Source of the DNA: an uncultured SAR86 cluster bacterium
GTDB taxonomy: Bacteria > Pseudomonadota > Gammaproteobacteria > Magnimaribacterales > D2472
Assembly (NCBI GenBank): GCA_902515155.1
Contig: CABXTT010000004.1
Location: 1-60,531, forward strand
Length of the DNA: 60,531 bases
Direction of reading: 5' to 3'
The position numbers and the translations under genes were made by a program. The notes under the pieces are model-generated. The model had not been told where the DNA came from. It ran no database searches and saw nothing but the letters and a program-made list of their open reading frames with translations. How positions within the stretch are numbered: the stretch's first letter is position 1; each line of letters opens with the position of its first letter. Positions 50,024-60,050 of this stretch are shown here, piece after piece.

Positions 50024-50882
50024 TAATAAATATAGTTGTTTTGAGTTAACAGTAAATAATCATATTGGTAGTCTTGTTTTATCAAGACCAAATGAGTTGA
50101 ATACTATGTCTAGAGATTTCTGGGTAGAACTTGGCGAGGTATTGGAAGAAATTGATAGAAATTCTGACATTCGAGTAGTGATTATGTCATCAACAGGAAA
50201 GCATTTTTGCGCTGGAATGGATTTGAGTGCTTTTTCAAATGGAGTTGAGGATATATCAGAAGATAAGAAGCCTGATCATGCAAGAATTGGTGAAGCTGTT
50301 TATAGAGTTGCAAAAGAACTTCAAGGTTATATTAGCAAACTTGAAAAAATTAGAGTTCCAGTAATTGCTGCAATTCATGGCGGTTGTATTGGTGGAGCTG
50401 TAGATTTAGTTACAGCTTGCGATATAAGATTGGCATCTAGTGATTCATTTTTCTGTATACAAGAAATTAATATTGGCATGGCAGCTGATGTCGGAACCTT
50501 ACAAAGACTTCCTAAAATAATACCTGACTCAAAAATGAGGGAAATGGCATATACAGGCAGAAAAATGTATGCCGCTGAATCAAAAGAAACTGGTTTGGTA
50601 AGTGATGTGTATGAATCTCAAGAAGCAATGCTAAGCGCTGCGAATGATCTTGCAAAAGAAATTGCATCAAAGTCTCCAGTTGCAATTTACGGTTTAAAGG
50701 CAGTGATGAATTATTCAAGAGATCATTCTGTTAGTGATGGTCTTGATTATAATGCTCTATGGAGCGGTGCAATGTTGAGTCAAAAAGATATGGCAGAAGC
50801 TATGACTGCTAATATGGAAAAAAGAGAAGCTTCATTTAATGAATTAGTTGATGTGAAAAAATTTAACGAATCAAAATCCTAA
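50013..50882 (+). CDS. Enoyl-CoA hydratase/isomerase (dienoyl-CoA isomerase-like)
   Basis: FCAGMDL, AIHGGCIGGAVD and GMAADVGTLQRLP. Confidence 0.92.
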   Translation: MMGNNKYSCFELTVNNHIGSLVLSRPNELNTMSRDFWVELGEVLEEIDRNSDIRVVIMSSTGKHFCAGMDLSAFSNGVEDISEDKKPDHARIGEAVYRVAKELQGYISKLEKIRVPVIAAIHGGCIGGAVDLVTACDIRLASSDSFFCIQEINIGMAADVGTLQRLPKIIPDSKMREMAYTGRKMYAAESKETGLVSDVYESQEAMLSAANDLAKEIASKSPVAIYGLKAVMNYSRDHSVSDGLDYNALWSGAMLSQKDMAEAMTANMEKREASFNELVDVKKFNESKS

Positions 50883-51649
50883 CTTTTTCTTAAAAAAACT
50901 GGTTCTGAAGTAGTTGATTCTGCTTTTGAATATTTATATCCGTCTATATCAAAATTAATAAGCTCTTCAAAATCAGTAATCTTATTCTGAATGATCCATC
51001 TTGCCATTAGGCCTCTGGCTTTTTTTGCATAAAAGCTAATAATTTTGTATTTTCCACTTTTATAATCTTTAAATACTGGAGAGACCACATTAATAAATTC
51101 TGGCATTTTTCCAAGTACGCTAAAATATTCTTTCGAAGCAAGATTTATTAATAGATCTGATTTTTGTGAACTTAAATCATCAATTACATTGTTTTGAACT
51201 AATTCACCCCAAAATTCATAAAGATTTTTACCCTTTGAAGTCTCAAGCTTAGTGCCCATTTCAAGCCTGTAAGGTTTCATTATATCCATCGGTCTTAATA
51301 TTCCATATAAGCCTGAAAGAATTCTTAGGTGCTTTTGGGCAAATTTTAAATCTTTATTACTAAAGTCTTCTGCATTTAGGCCCTGATATACATCTCCTTT
51401 AAATACAAGCATTGAGGGTTTTGCGTCTGACGAAACTGATTTCGCTGCCTTCCATGACTGATATCTATCAAAATTTAGAGTTGCTAACTTATCACTTAAA
51501 CCCATCATGCTGGCAATATCTTTAGGCTCTTTTTCCTTAAGAGTCTTAATAAGCTTTGAAGATTGGCTTAAAAACTGCGGTGCAGTATGATTGCTTTTAG
51601 GATCAACAGAGTAATCTAAGGTTTTTGCTGGGGAAATAACTATTAACAT
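50879..51649 (-). CDS. yaaA: Peroxide stress protein YaaA
   Basis: ISPAKTLD, GDVYQGL, LSGLYG, YRLEMGT and FYAKKARG. Confidence 0.95.
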   Translation of the reverse strand: MLIVISPAKTLDYSVDPKSNHTAPQFLSQSSKLIKTLKEKEPKDIASMMGLSDKLATLNFDRYQSWKAAKSVSSDAKPSMLVFKGDVYQGLNAEDFSNKDLKFAQKHLRILSGLYGILRPMDIMKPYRLEMGTKLETSKGKNLYEFWGELVQNNVIDDLSSQKSDLLINLASKEYFSVLGKMPEFINVVSPVFKDYKSGKYKIISFYAKKARGLMARWIIQNKITDFEELINFDIDGYKYSKAESTTSEPVFLRKS

Positions 51650-51685
51650 GATCAATATTTTAACCAAAATAAGAAAAGACTACTA

Positions 51686-52159
51686 ATGAAATTATTAGAA
51701 AAGTATATAAATTTTATAGGTGAAAAAATATCCTATCTTATTCCCGTGATGACTTTACTAATGATTGTCGTTATTGTTAGTAGATATTTCTTTGGTATTG
51801 GAAGAACTGACTTGCAAGAATTAGTAATGTATTTTCATGCTCTAATCTTTCTTGGATGTGCTGGCTATGTCTTTAATCAAGATGAGCATGTTCGGGTGGA
51901 TATTTTTTACAGAGATTCGAGTCAAAAATATAAGAACTTTATAAATATTCTTTTAGGTATTATTTTTTTACTTCCTGTTACTTTGGTGATTGGATTTTAT
52001 TCTATTGAATTAATTTCTATGTCATGGAAGATTAAAGAGATTTCTACAGAGGCAGGAGGTCTTGCTTATGTATTTATTCAAAAAACATTCATTCTTTTAT
52101 TTCCTATAACTCTTTTTATTGCTCTTGTTAATCAACTAATTAAAATAATATGGAAGTAA
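51686..52159 (+). CDS. dctQ: TRAP transporter small permease
   Basis: Four TM segments, HVRVDIFY and EAGGL. Confidence 0.9.
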   Translation: MKLLEKYINFIGEKISYLIPVMTLLMIVVIVSRYFFGIGRTDLQELVMYFHALIFLGCAGYVFNQDEHVRVDIFYRDSSQKYKNFINILLGIIFLLPVTLVIGFYSIELISMSWKIKEISTEAGGLAYVFIQKTFILLFPITLFIALVNQLIKIIWK

Positions 52160-53487
52160 TACCTCTACTATTGTTAGTCTTTGTTTGTTGTGCCCTTCTT
52201 TTTGGTTATCCAGTGGCATTCACATTATCTGGAGTATCTATTCTATTTGCCATAATTTGCATCCCGTTTGGGATATTCGATATTTCAATTTTTAAAAGTA
52301 TACCTTTGAGAATATTTGGAATAATGAATAACGTTACCTTGTTAGCGGTCCCTCTTTTTATTTTTATGGGAACTGTTTTAGAAAAATCTGGTATTGCATC
52401 AAAAATGTTAAAAAATATGGCACTAGCATTTAGAAATATCAGAGGTGGTTTAAGCATTTCAATAATCGTAGTAGGTGCTTTGCTTGCTGCAAGTACAGGC
52501 ATAGTTGGAGCAACAGTTGTAACCATGGGTCTAATGTCACTTCCTATATTAATTCAACAGGGTTACAAAAAGGATTTTTCATCAGGACTGATAGCTTCCA
52601 CTGGAACATTGGGTCAAATAATTCCACCGTCAATTGCTTTAGTTTTATTAGGCGATGTTATGTCAAATGCATATCAAAGAGCTCAAAATGATATGGGAGT
52701 CTTTTCTCAAAAAACAGTAACAGTTGGAGACTTATTTGTTGGAGCTATTGTTCCTGGAATTCTCATTTGTTTGGGTTATTTGATTTATACCGTTTATAAA
52801 AATAGTAAAAATATTGATATTGAATTTTTCCCGAATGCGAAATCTGCATCATCGTCTGAAATCTTAAAGACACTTGCTCTGCCATTAGTACTTATTATTC
52901 TAGTTCTTGGATCCATTATTTCAGGAATAGCAACTCCAACAGAGGCATCAGCCATTGGAGCTATGGGTGCACTCCTTATTGCAATAATCGATGGGAAATT
53001 TACTCTTTCTTTTTTAAAAGAAGCTAGTGAAAAAACTGCAATAGTATCAACAATGATTTTTACGATACTAATTGGCGCTTCTATTTTTTCTTTAATATTC
53101 CGAGGAGTTGGAGGCGATGAACTAATAGATCTTATATTTGGCTCTCTTCCAGGAGGTCCTTATACAGCTCTTATTTTTGTTTTACTTTTAGTTTTTTTGC
53201 TTGGCTTTATTTTAGACTTTATTGAAATCTGCTATGTAATAGTTCCTTTAGTTGCTCCACCATTGCTGATGATGGGCTTTGATCCAGTATGGCTAGCTAT
53301 ATTACTAGCTATTAATCTTCAAACATCATTTTTAACGCCACCTTTTGGATTTTCATTATTTTACTTAAGGGGAGTTGCTCATAAAAGTATACAAACATCT
53401 GAAATATACAAAGGAGTGATTCCTTTTATCTTTATTCAGTTGTTAATACTTGCACTAGTATTAATTTTTCCCTTTATTGTTTTATAA
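52150..53487 (+). CDS. dctM: TRAP transporter large permease
   Basis: AVPLFIFMG, GTLGQIIPPS, ATPTEA and NLQTSFLTPPFG. Confidence 0.95.
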   Translation: MEVIPLLLLVFVCCALLFGYPVAFTLSGVSILFAIICIPFGIFDISIFKSIPLRIFGIMNNVTLLAVPLFIFMGTVLEKSGIASKMLKNMALAFRNIRGGLSISIIVVGALLAASTGIVGATVVTMGLMSLPILIQQGYKKDFSSGLIASTGTLGQIIPPSIALVLLGDVMSNAYQRAQNDMGVFSQKTVTVGDLFVGAIVPGILICLGYLIYTVYKNSKNIDIEFFPNAKSASSSEILKTLALPLVLIILVLGSIISGIATPTEASAIGAMGALLIAIIDGKFTLSFLKEASEKTAIVSTMIFTILIGASIFSLIFRGVGGDELIDLIFGSLPGGPYTALIFVLLLVFLLGFILDFIEICYVIVPLVAPPLLMMGFDPVWLAILLAINLQTSFLTPPFGFSLFYLRGVAHKSIQTSEIYKGVIPFIFIQLLILALVLIFPFIVL

Positions 53488-53852
53488 AAGAGGATTTCGT
53501 CCCCAGTCATTTTCATCTTCTTTTGCTGGGAGCATGCACCATATAAGAACTACAAAAATACCAATAATAGTTAGATAGGATAGTTGCCACCATCCTGAAT
53601 AGCCATAATCTTGGAGGCGTCTCGAAGTTACTGAAAGGCTTGGTACAAATAAAAGTAAGTTAAGTATATTGCTTAATATACCGCTCCCTCCTTTTTCTAT
53701 ATCAACCATGCCTGTTGTAACTTCAATAATTCCAACAACTAATCCAAGTAAGGCAGATGCTAAAACAAAATACCAAAATTCACTTCTACAGGCTCTACCC
53801 TTAAAATTTTCCAGTTTGTAAAAACAGAAATAACTGACTCTTTCATATTCAT
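53482..53852 (-). pseudogene. DUF805 membrane protein with an apparent one-base frameshift near codon 16
   Basis: C-terminal frame has FKGRACRSEFW and RRLQDYGYSGWW; the RBS-preceded ATG at 53852 (MNMKESVISVFTNWK) is in a different frame. Confidence 0.75.
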
Positions 53853-53988
53853 AATTTATCCTGATTAAGCTAAACAATTTAAGATAACAAATTTTTAGAT
53901 TTATGTAATAAAAGAAAGCATCTACTTTTTATAAATTATTTTAATATGTGTGTTAAGTTTAAATATAAAATAATTTTACTACTGCCTT

Positions 53989-54327
53989 ATGGACAAGAAA
54001 TCATTTCTAAAACATGCAAAAAGTGTTTCGAACTTGAATGCTTTGTCTATAAAAGAAAAAATGGGTGTTGGACATTTTCTTCTTTTAACTACAATTGTTG
54101 CTAAAAGAATTAAGCAAGAACGACTGCCAAATATCAAATGGCTACAAGTGGAGCTTCAGATATCATTTACAAAGGTGAAATCAATTATCAACTCTCTAGA
54201 ATCAAGAGGTTTAATTGTTAAAGTAAGTGACTCTAAGGATAAAAGAAGGAAGTTTCTAGACTTAACGGTAAAAGGCAACAAGTATATCTGTGGATTAATG
54301 GATAGTATTGATTTGATCGCAAAATAA
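53989..54327 (+). CDS. MarR-like winged-helix DNA-binding protein
   Basis: HTH followed by LESRGLIVKVSDSKDKRRKFLDLTVKG wing motif. Confidence 0.75.
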   Translation: MDKKSFLKHAKSVSNLNALSIKEKMGVGHFLLLTTIVAKRIKQERLPNIKWLQVELQISFTKVKSIINSLESRGLIVKVSDSKDKRRKFLDLTVKGNKYICGLMDSIDLIAK

Positions 54328-54332
54328 TCTGG

Positions 54333-55295
54333 CTACAAACCAGCATTATTTTTTTCTAATGCTCTCTCTGCTCTGTAACTCGAGCGAACCATAGGTCCTG
54401 ACATAACTTCGAGGAACCCTTTTTTAAGACCAATATTTCTATAAGTTTCAAATTCTTCAGGTGTCACCCATCTTTCAATTGGGTGATGGTTGAGTGTTGG
54501 ACGTAGATATTGACCAATAGTAAGAATGTCTACTTTGTTTTTTATTAAGTCATCCATAGTTTGTTCTATTTCTTTATCTGTTTCACCAAGACCAACAATA
54601 ATACTGGTCTTAGTTAAAACTTTAGGATTGATTCTTTTCGATTCAGCAAGAACATCCAAAGTTTGTTTATAGCCTGCTCTGATATCTCTTACTTGATGAG
54701 TAAGTCTTTCCACAGTTTCTATATTTTGGGCAAAAACCTCTAAGCCACAATTAACTAGTGTATCGATAGATGATGACAGTCCTTTAAAATCTGGAGTGAG
54801 AGCTTCAACTGCCGTATTAGGATTAAGGTCCTTGATAAGTTTTACAGTCTCTGCAAAATGCTGAGCCCCACCATCCGGGAGATCGTCTCTATTAACTGAG
54901 GTTAAGACCACGTATTTAAGTTTCATGATTTGTACTGCTTTAGCTGTATTCATTGGCTCGTCTTCATCTAACCAACCCCTGGGGTTACCAGTATCAACAG
55001 AACAAAATTTACAGGCCCTTGTGCATACCGAACCCATTAACATAAAGGTTGCTGTTCCTGCTGACCAACATTCGTTGATGTTTGGACAATGAGCTTCTTC
55101 ACAAACGGTATAGAGTTGCTTTTCAGAAACCTGTTCTTTAACTTTATGGAAGTTTGGATTGTAATCAGCCTTTATTCTGAGCCAGCTTGGTTTTTTAGAA
55201 TTAGGAATATGTGAGAACGCATTAGCTTTCTGACCATTTTTAACAGCCTTAATACCATCTCTATTGATATGCTTTGTTGTCGCTATAAGTTCCAT
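54333..55295 (-). CDS. lipA: Lipoyl synthase
   Basis: [20 protein letters not shown] and VRSSY. Confidence 0.97.
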   Translation of the reverse strand: MELIATTKHINRDGIKAVKNGQKANAFSHIPNSKKPSWLRIKADYNPNFHKVKEQVSEKQLYTVCEEAHCPNINECWSAGTATFMLMGSVCTRACKFCSVDTGNPRGWLDEDEPMNTAKAVQIMKLKYVVLTSVNRDDLPDGGAQHFAETVKLIKDLNPNTAVEALTPDFKGLSSSIDTLVNCGLEVFAQNIETVERLTHQVRDIRAGYKQTLDVLAESKRINPKVLTKTSIIVGLGETDKEIEQTMDDLIKNKVDILTIGQYLRPTLNHHPIERWVTPEEFETYRNIGLKKGFLEVMSGPMVRSSYRAERALEKNNAGL

Positions 55296-55297
55296 AA

Positions 55298-55900
55298 TTA
55301 GAATATATTCCCTAATTTCTTTATTGCAAGTACCTCAACTTCTTTAATAGTTATATTTTCATTAAAGTCTTTTATTTGAGCAACCTCCAGACCTTTATAA
55401 CCGCATGGATTAATATAAGAAAATGGTTTTAGATCCATGTCTACATTGATACTAATACCATGATAGGTTTTACCTTTTGATATTCTTAGCCCAATCGATG
55501 CTATTTTCTTTTTATTAACATATACCCCAGGGGCGCCTTCAATAAAATTCGATTCTATAGAGTATTCAGCTAATAAAGATTGAACAAATTCTTGTAAACT
55601 TCTGACTAGGCTTTTTGGTCCAAGTTTTGTGTTTTTAATATCAATCATCAAATAAATTACTAATTGGCCAGGCCCATGATAAGTAACTTCTCCTCCCCTG
55701 TCAGACTGGATTACCGGTATATCTTTTGGGTCAATAACATGATTTTCATCAGCAGCTGTCCCGAGAGTAAAAACAGGCGGATGCTGAAGCATCCATACTT
55801 CATCTTGAAAATCATCAGATTTTATATGTGCGTGCATAAAAGCCAAGGTTTCTAGATAATTAATAACTCCTAAAGATTTAATTATTAATTCTTGAGACAC
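55298..55900 (-). CDS. lipB: Lipoyl(octanoyl) transferase
   Basis: [28 protein letters not shown] and INPCG; GTG start overlapping the dctP stop. Confidence 0.96.
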   Translation of the reverse strand: MSQELIIKSLGVINYLETLAFMHAHIKSDDFQDEVWMLQHPPVFTLGTAADENHVIDPKDIPVIQSDRGGEVTYHGPGQLVIYLMIDIKNTKLGPKSLVRSLQEFVQSLLAEYSIESNFIEGAPGVYVNKKKIASIGLRISKGKTYHGISINVDMDLKPFSYINPCGYKGLEVAQIKDFNENITIKEVEVLAIKKLGNIF

Positions 55901-56988
55901 TAATCGTTTCTTGCCTCAACAAACGCATCTTCAGAAACCTTATGATAGGCAGAAACTTCTTCTTTGAACTTTTTATAGGATTGATAAACTTTACTAACTG
56001 TCTCATCTTTAGCTGCATTTTCTTCAAGAATGTCTGTAGCAATGACTTTAAATTCTGCAATAACATCATCTGGTAATTTTCTTAACTCTACGCCATGCAC
56101 ATCAACTAATTCTCTTAGTGCTTTGTTATTTCTAGCAGTGTATTCATCTAAAATATCCTGATTAACCGCTTTGGCAGCTGTTTCAATTATTACTTTCAAG
56201 TGTTTTGGGAGAGCGTTCCATTCATCTTGGTTGATCAAAAGTTCTAGCATGGAGCCTGGCTCATGCCATCCTGGATAATAATAATATTTAGCAGCTTGTT
56301 GGAAACCAAAAGTAAGGTCGTTATATGGACCAACCCATTCAGTTGCATCAATAACCCCTGTTTGCAGCGCAGTAAATAATTCTCCACCAGGAAGAGTAAC
56401 AGGTATACCTCCTGCTCTTTTGAGAACTTCTCCTCCGATTCCAGGTATTCTCATTTTCAAACCTTTGATATCATCTAATGAGTTTATTTCTTTATTAAAC
56501 CAACCAAACATCTGTGTTCCTGTATTGCCGGCTGGAATTGGATAGATATTAAATGGAGCGTAAACTTCTCTCCACAGCTCTAGACCTCCACCTCTATTAG
56601 TCCATGCATTAATTTCGTCTGCAGTGAGCCCAAAAGGAACTCCTGTAAAAAACTGAGCAGCTGGAGCTTTTCCTTTCCAAAAATATCCCCCGCTGTGTCC
56701 CATTTGATGTGAGCCACTTGAAACAGCATCAAATACACCAAAAGCTGGAACTTGTTCTCCCGCTCCATAAACAGTAATCTTCATTTGACCATCACTCATT
56801 TCTTCAACTAAATTAGCGATTCTCTCAGGCGCCATTCCAAGTCCTGGATAGTTCTTAGGCCAAGCAGTAACTAGACGCCATTCGTATGTTTTTTTTTGAG
56901 GAAACTCCACATCATATTCAACTTCTATATTCTCAGAACATCCTGAAATAAATAGTAAAGCTAAAATATTTAAATATATTTTTTTCAT
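55900..56988 (-). CDS. dctP: TRAP substrate-binding lipoprotein (TakP-like)
   Basis: Lipobox ISGC, GNTGTQMFGWF, GLKMRIPG, DATEWVGPYND and YPGWHEPG; start reset to MKKI. Confidence 0.92.
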   Translation of the reverse strand: MKKIYLNILALLFISGCSENIEVEYDVEFPQKKTYEWRLVTAWPKNYPGLGMAPERIANLVEEMSDGQMKITVYGAGEQVPAFGVFDAVSSGSHQMGHSGGYFWKGKAPAAQFFTGVPFGLTADEINAWTNRGGGLELWREVYAPFNIYPIPAGNTGTQMFGWFNKEINSLDDIKGLKMRIPGIGGEVLKRAGGIPVTLPGGELFTALQTGVIDATEWVGPYNDLTFGFQQAAKYYYYPGWHEPGSMLELLINQDEWNALPKHLKVIIETAAKAVNQDILDEYTARNNKALRELVDVHGVELRKLPDDVIAEFKVIATDILEENAAKDETVSKVYQSYKKFKEEVSAYHKVSEDAFVEARND

Positions 56989-59162
56989 TATAATTTCTCT
57001 AGTTTTGCATAGGCCATTACAAGCCATTTGGTTCCAGCGCCATCAAAATTTATCTGAACTCTTGCAGATTCTCCTGATCCCTCGTAATTAAGAACTACTC
57101 CTTCCCCAAAAGTCTTATGAAGGACTCTCTGACCAAGAGCAATTCCTATCTCCTCTTCAAATTCAAACTTCGTTTCTTTAAAGTCTTTTCTATTATAAGG
57201 GATATTAGTTTGTGCTCTAGGTCTAATCTCATTAATAAACTCTTTTGGAACCTCTTTTAAAAACCTTGATGGTGGATTAAAAGTATCTGATCCATGAAGC
57301 CTTCTTGATTCAGCATGAGTAATATAAAGCTTTTCCATTGCTCTAGTAATACCTACATAACAAAGTCTCCTTTCTTCTTCTAATTGTGCTGGATTTTCCA
57401 TAGACCTTCCATGTGGAAATAAGCTTTCTTCCAGGCCAGTCATAAGAACTAGTTTAAATTCTAAGCCTTTTGCTGAATGAAGAGTCATTAATTGTGCAGC
57501 ATCATCATGTTCTGATGCCTGTCTGTCGCCGGAGTCCAAAGAGATCATATCAAGATATTGTTCTGCAATTTCTTTATTTGATTTATCCTCTCTAATACTT
57601 TGCTCAAAGTTAGTGGTTGCTGAAACAAGCTCTTCTAGGTTTTCAACTCTAGTCTTTCCTTTTTCACCTGGTTCTTTTGCATGGTAAGCAACTAAGCCAG
57701 AGTTCTTTATAATTTCTTCCATTAAATCTGATAATGGATTGTCTTCAATAAACTCTTTGCATCTTAATATAAATTCTAAATATGCTGAAAGACCAGAGCC
57801 TCCTCTTCCGCCTATAGAACCCTCATCAATTAATTTAGCGGAAGCTTTTATATAGGAGATATTATATTGTTTTGCTGCTGATCTTATTTTGGCTAAAGTT
57901 TTTTCACCAACCCCTCTAGTAGGATTAGATATTGATCTTTCAAAGGCAGGATTGTCAGAATGATTAAAGATTATTTTTAAATATGCTATGGCATTCTTTA
58001 TCTCCATTCGTTCATAGAATCTTTGACCACCATAGATTCTATAAGGAATGCTTGATCTTAATAATGCTTCTTCTAAGGCCCTTGATTGAGCATTAGACCG
58101 ATAAAGAACTGCTGCATCCTCATACATTTCTCCCTTATTCATCCAATCCTTTAAAACATCAGCAACAAATCTTGCTTCGTCTTGCTCGTTATAAGCCTGA
58201 TACAAAATAATCTGCTCACCTTCAAGTTTTTCAGTCCAAAGATTTTTTCCAAGACGTTCAGTATTATTTTCGATTAATGCATTAGCAGCGCCAAGAATAA
58301 TGTTTGTTGATCTATAGTTCTGTTCTAGTCTAATAATTTCAGTATCATCAAATGTTTTTGTAAATGAGTCTACATTCTCAACCTTAGCCCCTCTCCAACC
58401 ATATATTGACTGATCGTCATCTCCTACGGCAGTTATTGAAGTTTGTTTAGATGCAATTTCTAGCAACCAATTATATTGAATGGTATTTGTATCTTGAAAC
58501 TCATCGACAAGGATAGATTGAAATCTTGAATGAAAGAAGCTTCTTACTGAGGCATTGTCTCTGATAACTTCAAAAGATCGTAAAAGAAGCTCTCCAAAAT
58601 CTACCAGGTTATCTCTTAAGCATACTGCTTCGTACTCTTTATAAATTTTATTAATAGTTTCTTTAAAGAAGTCGCCTTTATCGTCAACAAAGTTATTTCT
58701 AAACCCTTCATCTTTCCACGAATTAATTTGCCATTGGCTTTGTCTTGCTGGCCAGGAGGCTTCATCTAAATCCAGTTCCTTTGAAATTCTTTTAATAATT
58801 CTTAACTGATCATCAGAGTCTAAGATTGTAAATCCGCTACTTAAATTGGCTTCTTTGTGGAATCTTTTTAGCATTTTATGGGAAAGGCCATGAAAAGTTC
58901 CTACCCACCCATCAATCATAGGAGCTTGAAGTAATTCTTCTATTCTTGATCGCATTTCAAGCGCAGCTTTATTAGTAAAAGTTACAGCCATAATAGAGCC
59001 TGGGTTTTTATTAAGTGCTTCAACCTCCCAAGCTATTTTATGAACCAATACTCTTGTCTTGCCCGAGCCAGCTCCAGCTAAAACCATTAAATGTTTTTTT
59101 TCAGACGTTACAGCTTCTCGTTGTTGATCGTTAAGATGGTCTAAAATATGTGATACGTCCAT
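56988..59162 (-). CDS. uvrD: DNA helicase II
   Basis: AGAGSGKT, VDEFQDTN, LEQNYRS, TLHSAKGLEF and EEERRLCYVGITRA. Confidence 0.96.
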   Translation of the reverse strand: MDVSHILDHLNDQQREAVTSEKKHLMVLAGAGSGKTRVLVHKIAWEVEALNKNPGSIMAVTFTNKAALEMRSRIEELLQAPMIDGWVGTFHGLSHKMLKRFHKEANLSSGFTILDSDDQLRIIKRISKELDLDEASWPARQSQWQINSWKDEGFRNNFVDDKGDFFKETINKIYKEYEAVCLRDNLVDFGELLLRSFEVIRDNASVRSFFHSRFQSILVDEFQDTNTIQYNWLLEIASKQTSITAVGDDDQSIYGWRGAKVENVDSFTKTFDDTEIIRLEQNYRSTNIILGAANALIENNTERLGKNLWTEKLEGEQIILYQAYNEQDEARFVADVLKDWMNKGEMYEDAAVLYRSNAQSRALEEALLRSSIPYRIYGGQRFYERMEIKNAIAYLKIIFNHSDNPAFERSISNPTRGVGEKTLAKIRSAAKQYNISYIKASAKLIDEGSIGGRGGSGLSAYLEFILRCKEFIEDNPLSDLMEEIIKNSGLVAYHAKEPGEKGKTRVENLEELVSATTNFEQSIREDKSNKEIAEQYLDMISLDSGDRQASEHDDAAQLMTLHSAKGLEFKLVLMTGLEESLFPHGRSMENPAQLEEERRLCYVGITRAMEKLYITHAESRRLHGSDTFNPPSRFLKEVPKEFINEIRPRAQTNIPYNRKDFKETKFEFEEEIGIALGQRVLHKTFGEGVVLNYEGSGESARVQINFDGAGTKWLVMAYAKLEKL

Positions 59163-59204
59163 TTAGGGATTCATTTTTTTGCTTAAGAGGGATATTCTAA
59201 CCTT

Positions 59205-60047
59205 ATGCCAACAAAATTATTGAGACAAATTAAAAATACTCTTCCAGAGTTAAGAAAATCTGAGAAGATCGTCGCTAGTTTTATTTTAGATGATCCAAAA
59301 TCTGTTATAACAATGAAAACCGCTGAAGCTTCAAGTGCAATGGGCATTAGTGAGCCAACTCTAATAAGATTTTGTAAAGCTATGGGGTTTTCGGGTTATC
59401 AAGAATTCAAGATAAATCTATCTCAACAATTAGCTGCTGATGACTATTTTGTGATGTACGAAATTGAAGAAGATGATAGTATCCATGAATTATGTGAAAA
59501 GGTCTTTGATACAACTATAAGTGAGATATTGAATGTTCGATCTCAGATTGATCAAAATATCCTAGAATCAGCAATTGAAGCCTTAGCTAATGCAAAAAGA
59601 GTAGAAGTATATGCATTTGGTGGCTCTGCACCTGTTGCAATGGATGCGCAGCATAAATTTTTTAGATTAAAAATATCTTCCTCATTTATATCGGATCCTC
59701 ATATCCAATTTATGTCAGCAAATTCACTATCAAAAGATGACGTTGTGGTTGCGATATCTCAGTCTGGAAATACATCGGCTCTAATTGATAGTGTAAAGAT
59801 AGTTAGAAAAGCTGGAGTAAAAGTTATTGGCATAATGCCAGGTAATTCTCCTTTAGCATCTATTTGTGATTTTCCAATAACGATAAATGTTGGTGAAAAT
59901 TATAGAATAACAAAACCTCATACTTCTAGAATTGCATACACAGCTGTGATTGATGTTATCACCATGGGTGTTGCTCAACTAAAGCCAGAGGCACAAGATC
60001 ATTTATACAATATTGTTGATAGTCAAAGATCGTTAAAGATTGATTAA
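59205..60047 (+). CDS. RpiR-family (HexR/RccR-like) transcriptional regulator
   Basis: SEPTLIRFC HTH; SIS domain with DAQHKF and ISQSG. Confidence 0.9.
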   Translation: MPTKLLRQIKNTLPELRKSEKIVASFILDDPKSVITMKTAEASSAMGISEPTLIRFCKAMGFSGYQEFKINLSQQLAADDYFVMYEIEEDDSIHELCEKVFDTTISEILNVRSQIDQNILESAIEALANAKRVEVYAFGGSAPVAMDAQHKFFRLKISSSFISDPHIQFMSANSLSKDDVVVAISQSGNTSALIDSVKIVRKAGVKVIGIMPGNSPLASICDFPITINVGENYRITKPHTSRIAYTAVIDVITMGVAQLKPEAQDHLYNIVDSQRSLKID

Positions 60048-60050
60048 CCT

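Noticed and set aside
53900-53930. RccR-like ATGTA..CTAC site between DUF805 and MarR
   Set aside because: Spacing and both half-sites deviate from the consensus as I recall it
1828-56768. Many 60-116 aa ORFs nested in or antisense to long genes (e.g. 8624, 12225, 12825, 29756, 31215, 52206)
   Set aside because: Overlap well-supported genes, have no recognisable motifs or RBS, and fit off-frame shadows
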